Shown here piece after piece: positions 20,097 to 33,053 of a stretch of 64,000 nt of DNA. A program made the position numbers and the translations under genes. The stretch is from Podarcis muralis (taxonomy: Eukaryota): NCBI RefSeq assembly GCF_964188315.1, contig NC_135665.1, forward strand, positions 30,132,001 through 30,196,000, read 5' to 3'. Position 1 is the first letter of the stretch. Every line of letters starts with the position of its first letter. The notes below the pieces were generated by a model. That model saw only the letters and a program-made list of their open reading frames with translations, made no database searches and was not told the origin of the DNA.

Positions 20097-22114
20097 TATT
20101 TATTTTACGTGGATCAAATGGTATCCTCCTATTTCAAGCATGATATGGAAAGGGTGATTAAAAATAAAACAGGAGCAGTACATCCTGTTCGGCATTTGAA
20201 AACCTTTCTGAAATTTACTGTGGACTACGTATTTTAAAAAGAGGAATTCATCCTTTCATGTGTGTGGTGATCCATTCTGTGAACTGGACGATTTTCACCC
20301 TATCTTTTATCCACGTATGGTGGTGTGAAAATTTTAAAGGTTATCTGATCTATGTGGCAAGCTGTTGAATGCAAATGGCTTATCCCATAAGGGCAGCGTC
20401 ACAAGGATCAACTTTTTAAAAGTCCTCATCTGATGGCCAGTATATTGAAACAAGTAACCCTTGTTTATGGCAGCAACATAGCAACAACTTTCCACAGCAA
20501 TAGCAGAATGTTAATCAAAAGCTAAAGTAAAGGGTGGAGGTTTTGTGTGTATGAACATTTTTCTTTTCTGAAATGCTGTCCATTTTCATTCTGTGACAAC
20601 AGGGTATTATTTGTTCAAAGGTATGCAAAAACCTTGATTTTACAACTTGTCACAAGTTCTTCTGAGGATGCAGTGGCAGCCAAAAACTAAGATATAAAGC
20701 ATATAGGACAACCTGAACTGGAGGAAAAAAATCACATTCATTTTGCCATCAGTGACAGCTGTTAATTGTATAATACACAGTTCTTGAGGTGTTTTTTTAA
20801 AAAACATATTGCACAAAAATGTGTTTTGAGAGCCAGAACAGATAAAGTGTTTAATGATTTTCTGAGTGCTTAAAGCTGCAATCTAAGAGACAGCGGAGTA
20901 AATTGCATAACTGTCAGATCTGCAGTCACTGTGTCTCGTCTTCGGTCTTAGCTTGTAATACTTTCCAGCTTACAAACCAACACTAAATGAGCCCCAGTGA
21001 GTTCAATGTGAATTCACTGCATTAGGCATGCATAGAATTGTAGAATAAGATAAAAGGAAATACTTAGCAGCACAAGATGAAAGAATACATATAATTACAG
21101 GCAATATCTTAAACTTTCGCAATGGAAGACGTTGTACAAAATAGTACAAAATAATACATATGAAAGAGAGAAAACAAGATACTTTCTGAATCTACTTTAA
21201 TTATATTTCACAATCAGAAACACCTTTAAATGAAAAGTCAGTGGCACTGCATTTAAAAACTATTGTTAAGAATGGTACCTGTGTGGAAAGTGGCAGATTC
21301 ACATTCCCAGGGAAATCTGAATGGTGATCCTCTAAGGCAGTAGTATGGCAAATGACACAGAAGTTGTATTATCACAGAAATATAGAAGGAAGATTGTAAG
21401 AGGTGGGTGAAAGTTCTGAATCATCAGCTTCCAAAGGTCATATCCACCACGTATGCCTTTATACAGAGAAGTTCTTTACTGGGAAATATGTTTTCGTAGA
21501 GCCTTCACACAGTGACGTGACTTAGGAGAAGATGCATCCTGCCTGAGCAGATAGGAAAGTTAAGAACCAGGCTGCACTGAATCGATAAGGACGTTTTAGA
21601 TAATCACTTGTTCACCTTAAAAGTAACCCCTAACCTAAAGCAACTAGATATTTTAGAGTACTGTAATCAAATGAAACTTTATCACGGAGCATGACCAAAG
21701 TCTGCAATTTTATCATGACAAGTTGTTTGTTGTTTACTGTCGTAACAACATATACCTTCTGTACCATGAAAAATAAATAAAAACATGGTTTTTAAAATAA
21801 AGAAGTAGCCCTAAACCAGCCTCCTCCAGGAACGCTGGATCGCAATGATGAAAATATTACTCATGTCTCAGGCTTAACAACAACAACAACAATTTATTAT
21901 TACAGTTGGAGACCAGCTTGTGAAACACAAATGGGACTGCCATCCCAAATAAGAATTATTTATTTGTACCCCGCCCACCTGACTGGGTATCCCCAGCCAC
22001 TCGGGCAGCTACTGTTGCCCATGATCAAGGGTGAATTTCCACCCCCCCCCACCTCCGTGCTTTATTTTCTGATAAAACATCCTGTTTCCTAAATTCATTA
22101 GTAACAATGAATAG

Positions 22115-22419
22115 GTAAAGGTAAAGGGATCCCTGACCATTAGGTCCAGTCGTGACCGACTCTGGGGTTGCGGCGTTCATCTCGCTTTACAGGCCGAGGG
22201 AGCCGGCGTACAGAGCAGTGCATGGAAATGCTGTTTACCTTCCAGCCGGAGCGGTACCTATTTATCTACTTGCACTTTGACGTGCTTTCGAACTGCTAGG
22301 TTGGCAGGAGCAGGGACCGAGCAACGGTAGCTCACCCGGTCATGGGGATTCGAACTGCCAACCTTCTGATTGGCAAGTCCTAGGCTCTGTGGTTTAACCC
22401 ACAGAGCCACCCGCATCCC
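22115..22419 (+). mobile_element. Sauria-type SINE with 13-bp TSD
   Basis: TSD TAACAATGAATAG at 22102-22114 and 22420-22432. Confidence 0.9.
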
Positions 22420-24499
22420 TAACAATGAATAGAGGCCAACTATAAATCCAACACTAGACAAGTGTGCCAGTCTTGTACAAGTCAAAGTGGTGTATAAACA
22501 GTACAACTGAACTTTGTTTGAGAACTCACTCTCAGACAAACATGCATATATAGGATCAGGCTCCAAAAGGCCTCCACTCATTCCAGTGAAACAATACTGA
22601 CCCAAGCAACATCAGAACCCCACAACTTTTGCAGACATAATCCCAGTGAGATGAATGGGCTTTGTGCTATCACAGAAGCTTTGAAATATTTAATCTATGC
22701 AGTTCCCAGCACACCAATACAATCCCTATTCAGCCACAAGCAAGTGGAATCTGATTGCTCATACAGGTGTGTAACTCGGAGCAGGGTCTGTGTAAATTGG
22801 CCATAAAAACTCTCAGTACGGAGAGAGTGTAAAAGGATTTCAGCTGCAATGGGAGAAGGCTAGCTGTGGACACTCGCCAATGTCTATAGCAAATTCGATT
22901 AACTTGTGTTTCCCAGCTTTCATTCTTCCTGTGACTCACCCTTCTTACTGCCAAGCAGACTCTTAGCTGGGAACACTCTGCGATTTGTGATGAACAAGGA
23001 AAGAACTGCCTGGAAGTAAACATACTGGCACAGCATCCATAGAAGCATTGTGTTCAGAATACAGAAATGTGAAGGGGGAGGGGAGAGAACCACCTAGTAG
23101 CGGTTGAAGTTGCCAACTCCACTGTGATGCAATGACAATCCTTACTGTATGTTAATAACTAGATCTTACCCCCTCTCTGGGGCAACCACCTGAAAGAAAA
23201 TGGGTTCTTCTCACTTGCACATCTTCTTTTATTTGTATGCACATTTTTTAAAGTTGTCCTCTGCCTAATATCTAACTTTAACTTAAAATAAGCCAGATGG
23301 CTTAGAAGCCAAAAGTCATGCAAGTGTGGTTTATTACATACTTATTAAAATGTGAAAAAAGAGAAAAACACCACATGTGGGATTTATATAATGTGAAACA
23401 CACAAGAATCCTTCCGAATTTATAAAGCTTTCAAGAAATCTATGGAATAAGATAGGAAGTGGGGAGGTGTATTAAGTTGCCACTGAAATCATATAAAGCT
23501 TAAAACATACATTATGATAATCACAGAATTGTAGAATCGGGAGGTCCTCTACCCCCTGCAATGCAGGAATCTTTTGCCCAACGTGAGACTCAAACCCAAG
23601 ACACTAAGATTAGGAGTCAAATGCTCTACCAACTGAGCTATAATAATATAATGGGCACAATTATTATTTTTAAAAAGTCAAGTCAAGTAACTTAGAAAAA
23701 TATATCATGGCCATAATCCAGTCTCTCATTAGATCATCTTCGCCCACTCCTGTGTGTGCTGTTTTAGGGTGAGGAGCTGTCCTTCTAATTTAATCACTTC
23801 CCCTTCTTTCTGGCAGCTTTACTACAAGCAGACAGCTGTGGGCAGCTAACAGCATTCATGAAGTACAGCCTGGATGGGGCTCTATGATATCCTATGCAAG
23901 TCATACTCACGGTCATTTGTATCCTGTGTTACTCAGAGTAGACCACTGGAATTAATGGGCATTATGACAGAGGATTCGCTGCCTCCTGCTGTTTTTGCAG
24001 TACATTTTTAGAGTAATTGGCTAGAGTGGTTATATAGCTATAACTGAGCCACAACTTCGCTGTACTGTAAATTACAAGTGTCTAACAGGAGTAGCTCATA
24101 GGGAATGCCCATTTTTTGAAACATGAGCAGAGAAACCTGAGACCCTTATCGATTTAGTTTAGCTCCTCACGGCAATGTAAATATAAAATTTCACCCATGC
24201 TACACAGCACTCTTAACAACCAAACTGCAGAAATCTACCAGGTTAAATGCACTGTTTAAAATATCCCTGCTTCTTTGAATAGGTATCACTTTCCAAAGAA
24301 CATAACGACTGCAAGATGTAGCGCGTGTGTAAACGGGAGTTACACAAATACATTATTTGAAAGGCGTGCGGCGGATCCACACGCCACGGAGTGATTTATT
24401 TCCATTTATACTTCCATTTACAGCTTCGGAGCCAGGCATTCTCCTCCCTCCGTACTCAATTTGGCCTCAAAGCTCAGAAAAACGTCGGCAATTAAAGAC

Positions 24500-25020
24500 A
24501 ATATAACACTGATAACAACAACCGCTAGGCGGCGATCGACACAAAAAGTCTTCAAGCAGCGTAGCTTTGTCTAGTAGGCAACACGCATGTGCACGAGCTT
24601 TATCTCCAAGCTCAGACTGCAATACCCAGCAGCCACCGCGCTCCCTGAGACTACAACTCCCGAAGGTCCTTGCGCTGTCACCCCCTTCCCCCCGCCTCCC
24701 TTCCTCTCGCGCGTGTTATGTGGGCTTAAGAGGGAGGGGGAAGGGAAGTGGCTACTTGACGTCTACAAACCTGCTTAACGTGGCCTAACGCCGCAGTAGC
24801 AACCGGAGGGCGAGACCCACGAGTTGAGGCGCCACCGCAAATCGCTGAGGAACCGTTTTTGCTTCTCCGCGGCGTCACGCCATTAAAACGCGAAGAGAGA
24901 AACGCTATTGGACGGCGATGTGTCACGTGTTAGCGGCTGCTGCACCTTTCCTAGATCTAGAACGCAGCCCTAAATTCACGCTGGAGGAGAGAGCAGTCCA
25001 TTCCCACTGAGCGGAACGTG
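24500..25020. promoter_or_regulatory. CpG-rich region, probable RFESD promoter and non-coding exon 1
   Basis: Local CpG enrichment about 5 kb upstream of the RFESD start codon; ACTACAACTCCC at 24650-24661 (ZNF143/THAP11-type promoter motif) and a variant ACTGCAATACCCAGCAGCC at about 24616. Exon boundaries not determined. Confidence 0.65.
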
Positions 25021-27244
25021 CTTCTGAGTTAATATGCGAAGGGCTGCGCTGTTAGGAAAGCCAGAAAAGCGTTGGGGGGAAATAATAAAGAGACACCATA
25101 TGGTAATGCAATCATTAGGCCACTTGTACGTACACACAGAGAGAGAGAGAGTGCAACGAGGTCCTAAGCAAACTTTAGAAGTACTCCAGAACTCTTCATC
25201 ACACTCAGTGCTGGATTTACGTATAAGCTAAACAAGCTATAGCTTAGGGCCCCACTCCCTCGGGGCCCCCCAAAAAATGTGAAGGGGGGGAAACTGGATG
25301 TACATTTCCGAAATATCAGATAAAAAATAAAATAAAACCTACATAAATTACCATATAGCATATATACAACACAAAAAACAGTGACAATTTGTTGTTGACA
25401 AAGGACAGCTGGACATATAAAGGGCCCCATTACCTTCAGCAGCTTAAGGCCCCATCAAACCTAAACCCAGCCTTGATCACACTTGAGGAGCAGCAGAAAG
25501 GATGGAGGGCATGGGCATAGCCAGGGACAGGGAACAACAGCTCCCCCAAACAAACAATCAAGTGGAAATAATTAGAAAGTTTGAAATTGAAATGCTCACT
25601 GAGGTCACTTGGATGATGCTGTGGTGCATTCTAGCAACGCAACTGGCAACCCGACTGCGGGACAGCGCTAGACAGAGGATGCTGACAGGTGAGTGTCCTG
25701 CCCCCCCCAACATATATCCTGGCTATGCCCATAGGTGGAGGAGTGGGTAGAAGAGGGGTTGCATCCCCTCCTCTGCAATCATGTGGTGGTTGGGGCCAGA
25801 GGCAAAAGTGGGCAGAGCAACAGAGGTGACTCTAACTTTGCACAGTTGTCTACACTGCGGCCACATAAAAGCCAGATGTTTCTACACACCTGCACATATC
25901 TTTCCATCCAGGCAAGCAAGAGCCATTGTCACAATTTAAGAACACGTTTCAGACATGCCTAAAGCACTAGACAAGGGTACACAGCACAGCTGGTGGGGAT
26001 GGATGTGACCTGAGGACATGGGTTGTTGCCTGGGGAGGGTCCATAGGATCGGGCAGAGAAGTCTGAAGGACTGCATTCAACATCTGGGCCACTGGTTCCA
26101 CAGCACTATAGTAGCCATTATGGCTAGAAGCCATTGAGTTCAGATGGAATCAGACTTTTGCCTTACAATCCAAACTCACTGATTACAAGTCGGCTTCACT
26201 GATTTCAGGCTCAACCTATATCAGTGTTTAGAGGGTCAAAAATGAAATAGTAATATTAAAAAGTCAATTAAAAAATGAACAGAAAAAGTAGTAGCAAATT
26301 TTAAAATAACACAAGCAGCATTTTTGTTGTTGTTTAAACAACAAGGAGTATTTCTAAATCTTCATTTTTGGATTATTTTCTTTATTTGAAGATGAAAACC
26401 TTGGATGCTTTTCTACCATTTCTGATTCATTTCTGATGGGGGCGTACTTATAAAGAAGTACCATCTGGTAGAAATCATATTAGAAATGCCTTGGTGTAGG
26501 AGAAAGATTTATCCTTTGCAATAAAAATACAAGTACATTCATGCAGTATTAATCTGTGGCCAACCTTTCTGCGGCAATTCTTTATAATGAAAAGATGCAG
26601 GAAAAAAATATATTGTAAATCATAGCACAATAACAAATATGCCTTCCAACAGGATACAACTTTCCAAACTACCATGGCAAAGAATCGCTTTTGGTTGAAC
26701 AGGATTTGTAAACAAGTTTAGCTGTGTATGTGTATATGGGTTGTTTTAATTAATAAAAAAATACCACATAACATAATGACAGTCAATCAGCCTCTTTGTG
26801 TCCCCCCTCCCAAGTGACTGAGCTACTCTCCCCAAGGACCTCTGTAAAGTCACTTGATCATTTAGGCTTTTTTTTGTTCTTTAGGCTTTTTTTTTAAATT
26901 CAGGGGGAAGGTAACTGTGTTTGGCTACACAAGAAAAAACACATTCATATCCTATCTTTCTTTCACCATGGAACTTAAGCCAGAATACACAGGCAGTCTT
27001 GCATCCAGGACTGAGCAGACTCAGACCTGCTTAGTCTGAGCAACGTGGTTAAAAAACATATTTCCTGTTTGATGAAGAGGGCTGTAGTTTACAAATATCT
27101 ATGCCTCAATACACTTGTCAGCTGTTAATGTGCCACAAACTGTGGGTCTGCATCTTAGTTACTTCATTTGTTCCTATTCTCCAAGGGAAGAATGGAGAAG
27201 ACCTTTTGCTGGTCTGATTTCCCCTTTCTATCAAGTTGGGCCCC

Positions 27245-28333
27245 TTCATGGATCACTGCCTTGCCGTGGCGAAGGGGCTTGAATAACTCAGAGAAGCTAT
27301 GAACTATGCCGTGCAGGGCACCCAAGATGGACAGGTCGTGATTATGCAAAAGCCTTTGACTGTGTTGACCACAGCAAACTATGGCAAGTTCTTAAAGAAA
27401 TGGGAGTGCCTGATCACCTCATCTGTCTCCTGAGAAATCTCTATGTGGGACAAGAAGCTACAGTTAGAACTGGATATGGAACAACTGATTGGTTCAAAAT
27501 TGGGAAAGGAGTGCGGCAAGGCTGTATATTGTCTCCCTGCTTATTTAACTTATATGCAGAATTCATCATGTGAAAGGCTGGGCTGGATGAATCCGAAGCC
27601 GGAATTAAAATTGCCGGAAGAAATATCAACAACCTCAGATATGCAGATGACACAACATTGATGGCAGAAAGTGAGGAGGAATTAAAGAACCTTTTAATGA
27701 GGGTGAAAGAGGAGAGTGCAAAATATGGTTTGAAGCTCAACATCAAAAAAAACGAAGATCATGGCCACTGGTCCCATCACCTCCTGGCAAATAGGAGGGG
27801 AAGAAATGGAGGCAGTGAGAGATTTTACTTTCTTGGGCTCCATGAGCACTGCAGATGGTGACAGTAGCCACGAAATTAAAAGACGCCTGCTTCTTGGGAG
27901 AAAAGCAATGACAAACCTAGACAGCATCTTATAAAGCAGAGACATCACCTTGCCAACAAAGGTCCATATAGTTAAAGCTATGGTTTTCCCAGTAGTGATG
28001 TATGGAAGTGAGAGCTGGACCATAAAGAAGGCTGATCGCCGAAGAATTGATGCTTTTGAATTATGGTGCTGGAGGAGACTCTTGAGTCCCATTCTTAAGG
28101 AGATCAGCCCTGAGTGCTCACTGGAAAGACAGAGCCTGAAGCTGAGGCTCCAATACTTTGGCCACCTCATGAGAAGAGAAGACTCCCTGGAAAAGACCCT
28201 GATCTTGGGAAAGATTGAGGACACAAAGAGAAGGGGATGACGGAGGACGAGATGGTTGGACAATGTTCTCGAAGCTATGAACATGAGTTTGACCAAACTG
28301 CAGGAGGCAGTGGAAGACAGGAGTGCCTGGCAC
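27245..28333 (+). mobile_element. Bov-B (RTE clade) LINE remnant, internally deleted and frameshifted
   Basis: Bov-B-like 5' text GGATCACTGCCTTGCCGTGGCGAAGGGGCTTG joined at about 27338 to RT sequence (DYAKAFDCVDH...GVRQGCILSP..FNLY...LRYADDTTL...YLG) and to the Bov-B 3' end (CTGAAGCTGAGGCTCCAATACTTTGGCCACCTCATGAGAAG). Contains stops and frameshifts. Confidence 0.88.
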
Positions 28334-29014
28334 TGTGGTATGGAAATCAGGAGCAATAGTTTCTAGCTGTTTAATCTGCATCGGTGAGTTGCAGTTGTCA
28401 GCTATTTAACTGCCCACTATAGCTATGCCTATAACATCAGCTTGATGTGCAGACATCAGCTGATAAGTGTTGATGCTGTGAAAAGCTTAACAATTTCTGT
28501 ACATCAAACTGCTGCAGGGGGCACAAGACAATTTTAGCTTTGATAAGGTTATGAAGAATATGCAGTCTGTTCTTGGTGGCGTCCGTGGCAAGACTTCTGG
28601 GCTTTTCTAATACTGCAGGATTTGTTTGTGCTTTCCTTGCAACAGGTTTTCTAGCACATTCAAGCTAGATATAAACCCCTTTGGGAAATCAACAGTGAAT
28701 TGATGCGGCGGCTACACAGGGGTGCGGGGAACCGATCTTTTTCGTTTAGTGAGAATTGATCGCCGGTATTTAGCTGCGAAAGGCGTGTGCTTTCGGGAGG
28801 CGTCTGTGGAAAATGTGACAGTGAAGAGACCCTGACTCCGCTCAAGACGACTGCAACCGTTGAATTGGAGGGGAGGGCGAAATGGGCTGAGGAGTGGGCA
28901 GAGCTCACAGGCGCGATGGCTGCAGCCTGGTGCGCCCACCCACGGTGAGTGACAGGTGACAGGCAGAGCCCCTATATATGCTGCCGAGGGCACCCGTGCA
29001 CAATCCTCGCTGCC

Positions 29015-30358
29015 ATGGAAGACACGTTCAACCCGGACAGCCTTGCCGTCGGACCCAACTTATCCGGCATCGCGATTCCCGGGTGGAACTTGAACCTTTC
29101 GTCCCCCGGGGCTACTCTGGGGCAGCCTAGCGCGCGGACCCTATCGGCGGGCGCGATCCTGCTGCTGGCGCTGGTGGGCAACGGCTTGCTCTTGCACCGG
29201 CTGCGCTGCGGAGGGTGCTGCTGCGGGGCCCGCTTCGGACGGCGGCGCAAGATGGATTTCTTGCTGGCGCACTTGGCCATCGCCGACCTCTACGGGTGCG
29301 GGCTGGTGCTGCTCTCCCAGCTTCCGCCGGCCGTCGTGGAGCCGGGGCAAGCAGCGTGGCCTGCAGGGGACGCCACTTGCCGCCTGCTGTGGTTCCTGCA
29401 AGGCTCCGGGCTGCTGGCGCCCTCGCACATGCTCGTCCTGATCGCGATCGAGCGACACCACATGGTGAGGGGCCCCGCGCACCCGCCGCTCTCTTTCCTG
29501 CCCGCCCGGGGCGCTTTGGCTGCGCTGGGCTGGCTGCTGGCGCTGCTGCTCGCCTTGCCGCAAGCCTTCGTCTATCGGCTGGCGCCTCCCGAGGCCGGGG
29601 GCCGTTGCCTCAGCATCTTCGCGCAGCGGCCCCGCTGGCACGGCCAGACCTACGCCGTGTACTGGGCCGTCGCGGGCTTCGTGGCGCCCGCCTGCCTGCT
29701 GGGCGGGACCTGCGGCCGCATCCTCAGCGCGCTCGGCGGCGCACCCGGCGCCAAGGACGACTACGACGACGCCGAGCCGTCGCGGGGGGCAGCGGGCAGC
29801 GGCCGCCACTACGGCGCGGAGCTTCCCGGCGCCTCCGCCGCTCCTCGCCCGCCTCCGCCGCTCTTGCTGCGGCTCCTGCCCGTCGCCAAGTGCGCGCTGC
29901 CCTCGCCGCCTGCGCCGCGGAGCCTGCCCCGCGCGCGGGCCCGGGCGGTGCAGCTGACGCTGGCGCTGGCCACGCTGTTCGCGCTCTGCGGCTTCCCGCG
30001 CTTTCTCCTGGAGCTCGCCTTGGCCTTCGCCTCCTCCGAGGGCGCCGACGAAGCGCGGGCGGCCCTGGGGAGCATCATGGCGGCCACCAACAGCGCCCTC
30101 AACCCCTACGTGTGCCTCTTGTTCCACAGCCACGGCCCGTGGGCGCGGCGCCTCCAGCGCAGGCTGTGCCGCTGCCCCGACGGGCAGCCCCGACGGCGGG
30201 CTCGCCACCGGCATCGCCCGCCGCCGCCGCAAGCGGCTGTTGAGCGCCCTGGGCGCTGGCTGTGCCCTTGCCAGACCAAGCCGCCCACCGTCTCCACGGT
30301 CGTCCACCTCGAGGAGGGTGAGAAGCCGCTCTCCGCTGCTTGCGAAAGCGGCTTCTAA
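29015..30358 (+). CDS. GPR150: Orphan class A GPCR GPR150, intronless, 447 aa
   Basis: Kozak GCCATGG at 29015. RRKMDFLL..LAIADLY, LIAIERH, ALAALGWLLALLLALP, PRWH.Q.YA, NSALNP and C-terminal CESGF all match human GPR150 as recalled. The CDS lies in a CpG island; TATA-like CTATATAT at about 28972. Confidence 0.93.
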   Translation: MEDTFNPDSLAVGPNLSGIAIPGWNLNLSSPGATLGQPSARTLSAGAILLLALVGNGLLLHRLRCGGCCCGARFGRRRKMDFLLAHLAIADLYGCGLVLLSQLPPAVVEPGQAAWPAGDATCRLLWFLQGSGLLAPSHMLVLIAIERHHMVRGPAHPPLSFLPARGALAALGWLLALLLALPQAFVYRLAPPEAGGRCLSIFAQRPRWHGQTYAVYWAVAGFVAPACLLGGTCGRILSALGGAPGAKDDYDDAEPSRGAAGSGRHYGAELPGASAAPRPPPPLLLRLLPVAKCALPSPPAPRSLPRARARAVQLTLALATLFALCGFPRFLLELALAFASSEGADEARAALGSIMAATNSALNPYVCLLFHSHGPWARRLQRRLCRCPDGQPRRRARHRHRPPPPQAAVERPGRWLCPCQTKPPTVSTVVHLEEGEKPLSAACESGF

Positions 30359-33018
30359 ACAGTTTCTTGTGGGATTGCAGGCACTCAACGTTTTTTGCAG
30401 TATCCCCAGGACATTGTCAACAAGTATTTTTGACTCATTTAACCCGGATATTCCTGGGGAAACCCGACGTTTAACACCTACACACTCCTCGACCTCTGTT
30501 ACCGCAATCCCTTGGGGATGTCTCAGCAGCCGATTTGCCATATCTGGCCTGGGAAGTACCCAAGGAGGAAGACAAAAAGGCAAAAGAGAACTGACAAATT
30601 ATTATAACACCCACCTCAAGCACACTAGGTGCTCTTTTCCTGTGGGCTGCTCACTTGGTCAAATCTGGGAGACTCCCATCTTAACACCGGAAGTCTGAGG
30701 GCTACCGCCTACTCCAGTGTGGAAAACGCACTCTGCACTTGCTCAAGAACCTTAATTAATACTCCACACTTCACAGCGCTGACCCATTACTGAAATTTGG
30801 CTGTGAATCTGGAGCCCTTGTAACCCTTGCTTAGTTTAATCGATTATGAAGCCACGACCCTCTTCCAAATCAAGAAAACCCAGAAGGGCCAGGAGATTCC
30901 ACTTGACCATTTCAGATCTAGCTGCTATTTTAAGCCCTTGCTGGGAATGTAGGGACTTGTTTCCAAGTAAATGGGCTTTGCTTGGACATGGCAACAGCCA
31001 AATGTTTTAAACTTCCTGAAGTTTTGTTCAATTCATTGCACTCCATAACTTATGACGGGACTTGCACAATGTGGTTTTAGCACAATCATTTTGTTAGGTT
31101 TGTCAACAACAGGGTTCTGCATAATCTGTTGCTTTCACTCATCACAGCAATTTTCAGGTGTGTTATTTTCAAATTCCATTGCCACAGATTTTGTCCCTTC
31201 TCAAGAGAAAGGGGCAAAAATAAGGACTGCTTTTGCTATGCAAACTGACCATATAAACTGCCTTTCTTAATTTTGTCATCTTCCACACAGTCTGTGCAAG
31301 TGAACTTAATATTAGACATTTTGACTATGAAACATATGATAATTGTCTCTGTTCAGTACAATTGGTCTAATTAGCATATAAGCTGTAATGAAAGCTGCCA
31401 TTGACCTGTGGGCAGAGGTTGAGAAAAATCAGCAGGTACAAAATGTAACTTGCAAAACTGAAAGGCTTTTAAGAATGCTTTATGCAAATGTAGTTCCTTT
31501 CTAAGTGGGCATTAGTGGCAAGTATGCAAAAATATGTGGTCTTGTAAAGGTGTGAATAAATGTCATATATAAGTACCCCTGACTGATAATCTACAATTGC
31601 AGTAGTTTCTAAAATTGCAGTAGTTTCTACTTTCACCTTTGATAGTTAATATTCTGTTCTCTTTTCTCACATAATAGTAGAGTTCATTCCAGCAGGTGGA
31701 TTTTTTTTTTTTTTTGCACAATTTGCTCTAGAAAATAGACACATATATGTCTATATTCTGGGTACTCCACTCCCTTTTCACATAAAAAGTCTGTTTCTCA
31801 GTGAAAAGGTTGATGCTTTTGTGCAGTTGGTCCCTTGCACACTATATAAAATAATATTTGGGTGTGCATGGGTTCAATTAAGGAAATTAGCATTTATAAA
31901 CAAATAATGAACCCAACAATTCCAGGACAAGCAAGGATGTATGCACAGGATACATGTAAGCAAACTGTAATAGAATAGAGGGAGTGAAATAAAATGAAAT
32001 GTAACAAGTTCTTGTTTGAACACAGCCCAAGCTGTTTATTAATGCTGAAATGAATTCCAGCATCCTATCCTATTGCTCCCTTCAGAGGCAGCATTGTTTA
32101 AAGCAGTAATAGCTCAGTATCCCACTAGCTTTCATTTGGGGGAAAAACACAAAGATGTTGTGTAGCTCGTGTAACAAAAGATTAACAAGTAGGAGCACAC
32201 CAAAAAGGGGCACTTCATCATTAACCCATGACAGAAGTTCTGTTGTTCAGGATTTCCAAGCCATCTGCAACAGGAGCTGGTGGTGCTGTCTGCAGTTTGC
32301 AGGGGGATGTTAGCCTCAAATGCAAGCATTTTCTGAGAGTAATGGGGGTATATTTCATTCATTTTTCCTATTCCTTCAGAGTCCGTCCGTCCCCCGCAAC
32401 TCTAGGATTCCTGCTGAAACCATTTAATGCTGGGAGAGGAGTTTGGGGCTGTTGTTTTTAATTTCATAAGGCAATCTCAAATGTGTAGCATACAGGCAGC
32501 CAATAAACTTCTTACAGCAAGGGTGTTACATGCTGATGCTAGGCTGCCCCAGTCATGATACTGGTCACTGTATTATGCTCCAGCTCCAGCTGCAGCTTCC
32601 AGATCCACCTCAGCCTCCAAATGTATGTCTTGGAGGCTATTGAGCACAGGTTCATAGCAGGATATTTTGTTTAATCTAATTTTAATGTACAAACTAAAAG
32701 ACTTCTGCTTGCCTGGCAAGTTCCCAAAGTATATATATAAAAAACCCCACTACCTTGTTTTTGGATGGCTCCTTTTTGCTTACAAACTGATAGGCATGGG
32801 ACCACTCATGTTCAGCATTTGAGGCAAATATGATGAGATGTGCATACACAAATACCACCTTTCTTCGTTTTATACTTCTCAGTTCCAATACATGGGGGTT
32901 TGGTGGGGGCAGGGAAAGAAACTAGTTTTTCCCACTGCACTGGAGAGAAGATCCAGATTATTCTGAGTTTCTTCTTATTCTTTGCCCTTGCATTTCCTTG
33001 AAGGAAAGGGTACTATAG

Positions 33019-33020
<2 letters not shown>

Positions 33021-33050
<30 letters not shown>
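33021..33050. repeat. (GT)n microsatellite
   Basis: Perfect GT run of about 15 units. Confidence 0.95.

Positions 33051-33053
<3 letters not shown>

Noticed and set aside
27694-28356. 220-aa minus-strand ORF
   Set aside because: Antisense reading of the Bov-B RT remnant.
29141-30583. 480-aa antisense ORF and 342-aa alternative-frame ORF over GPR150
   Set aside because: Expected stop-codon depletion in a very GC-rich CDS; low-complexity Arg/Ala/Gly/Pro products with no recognisable domain.
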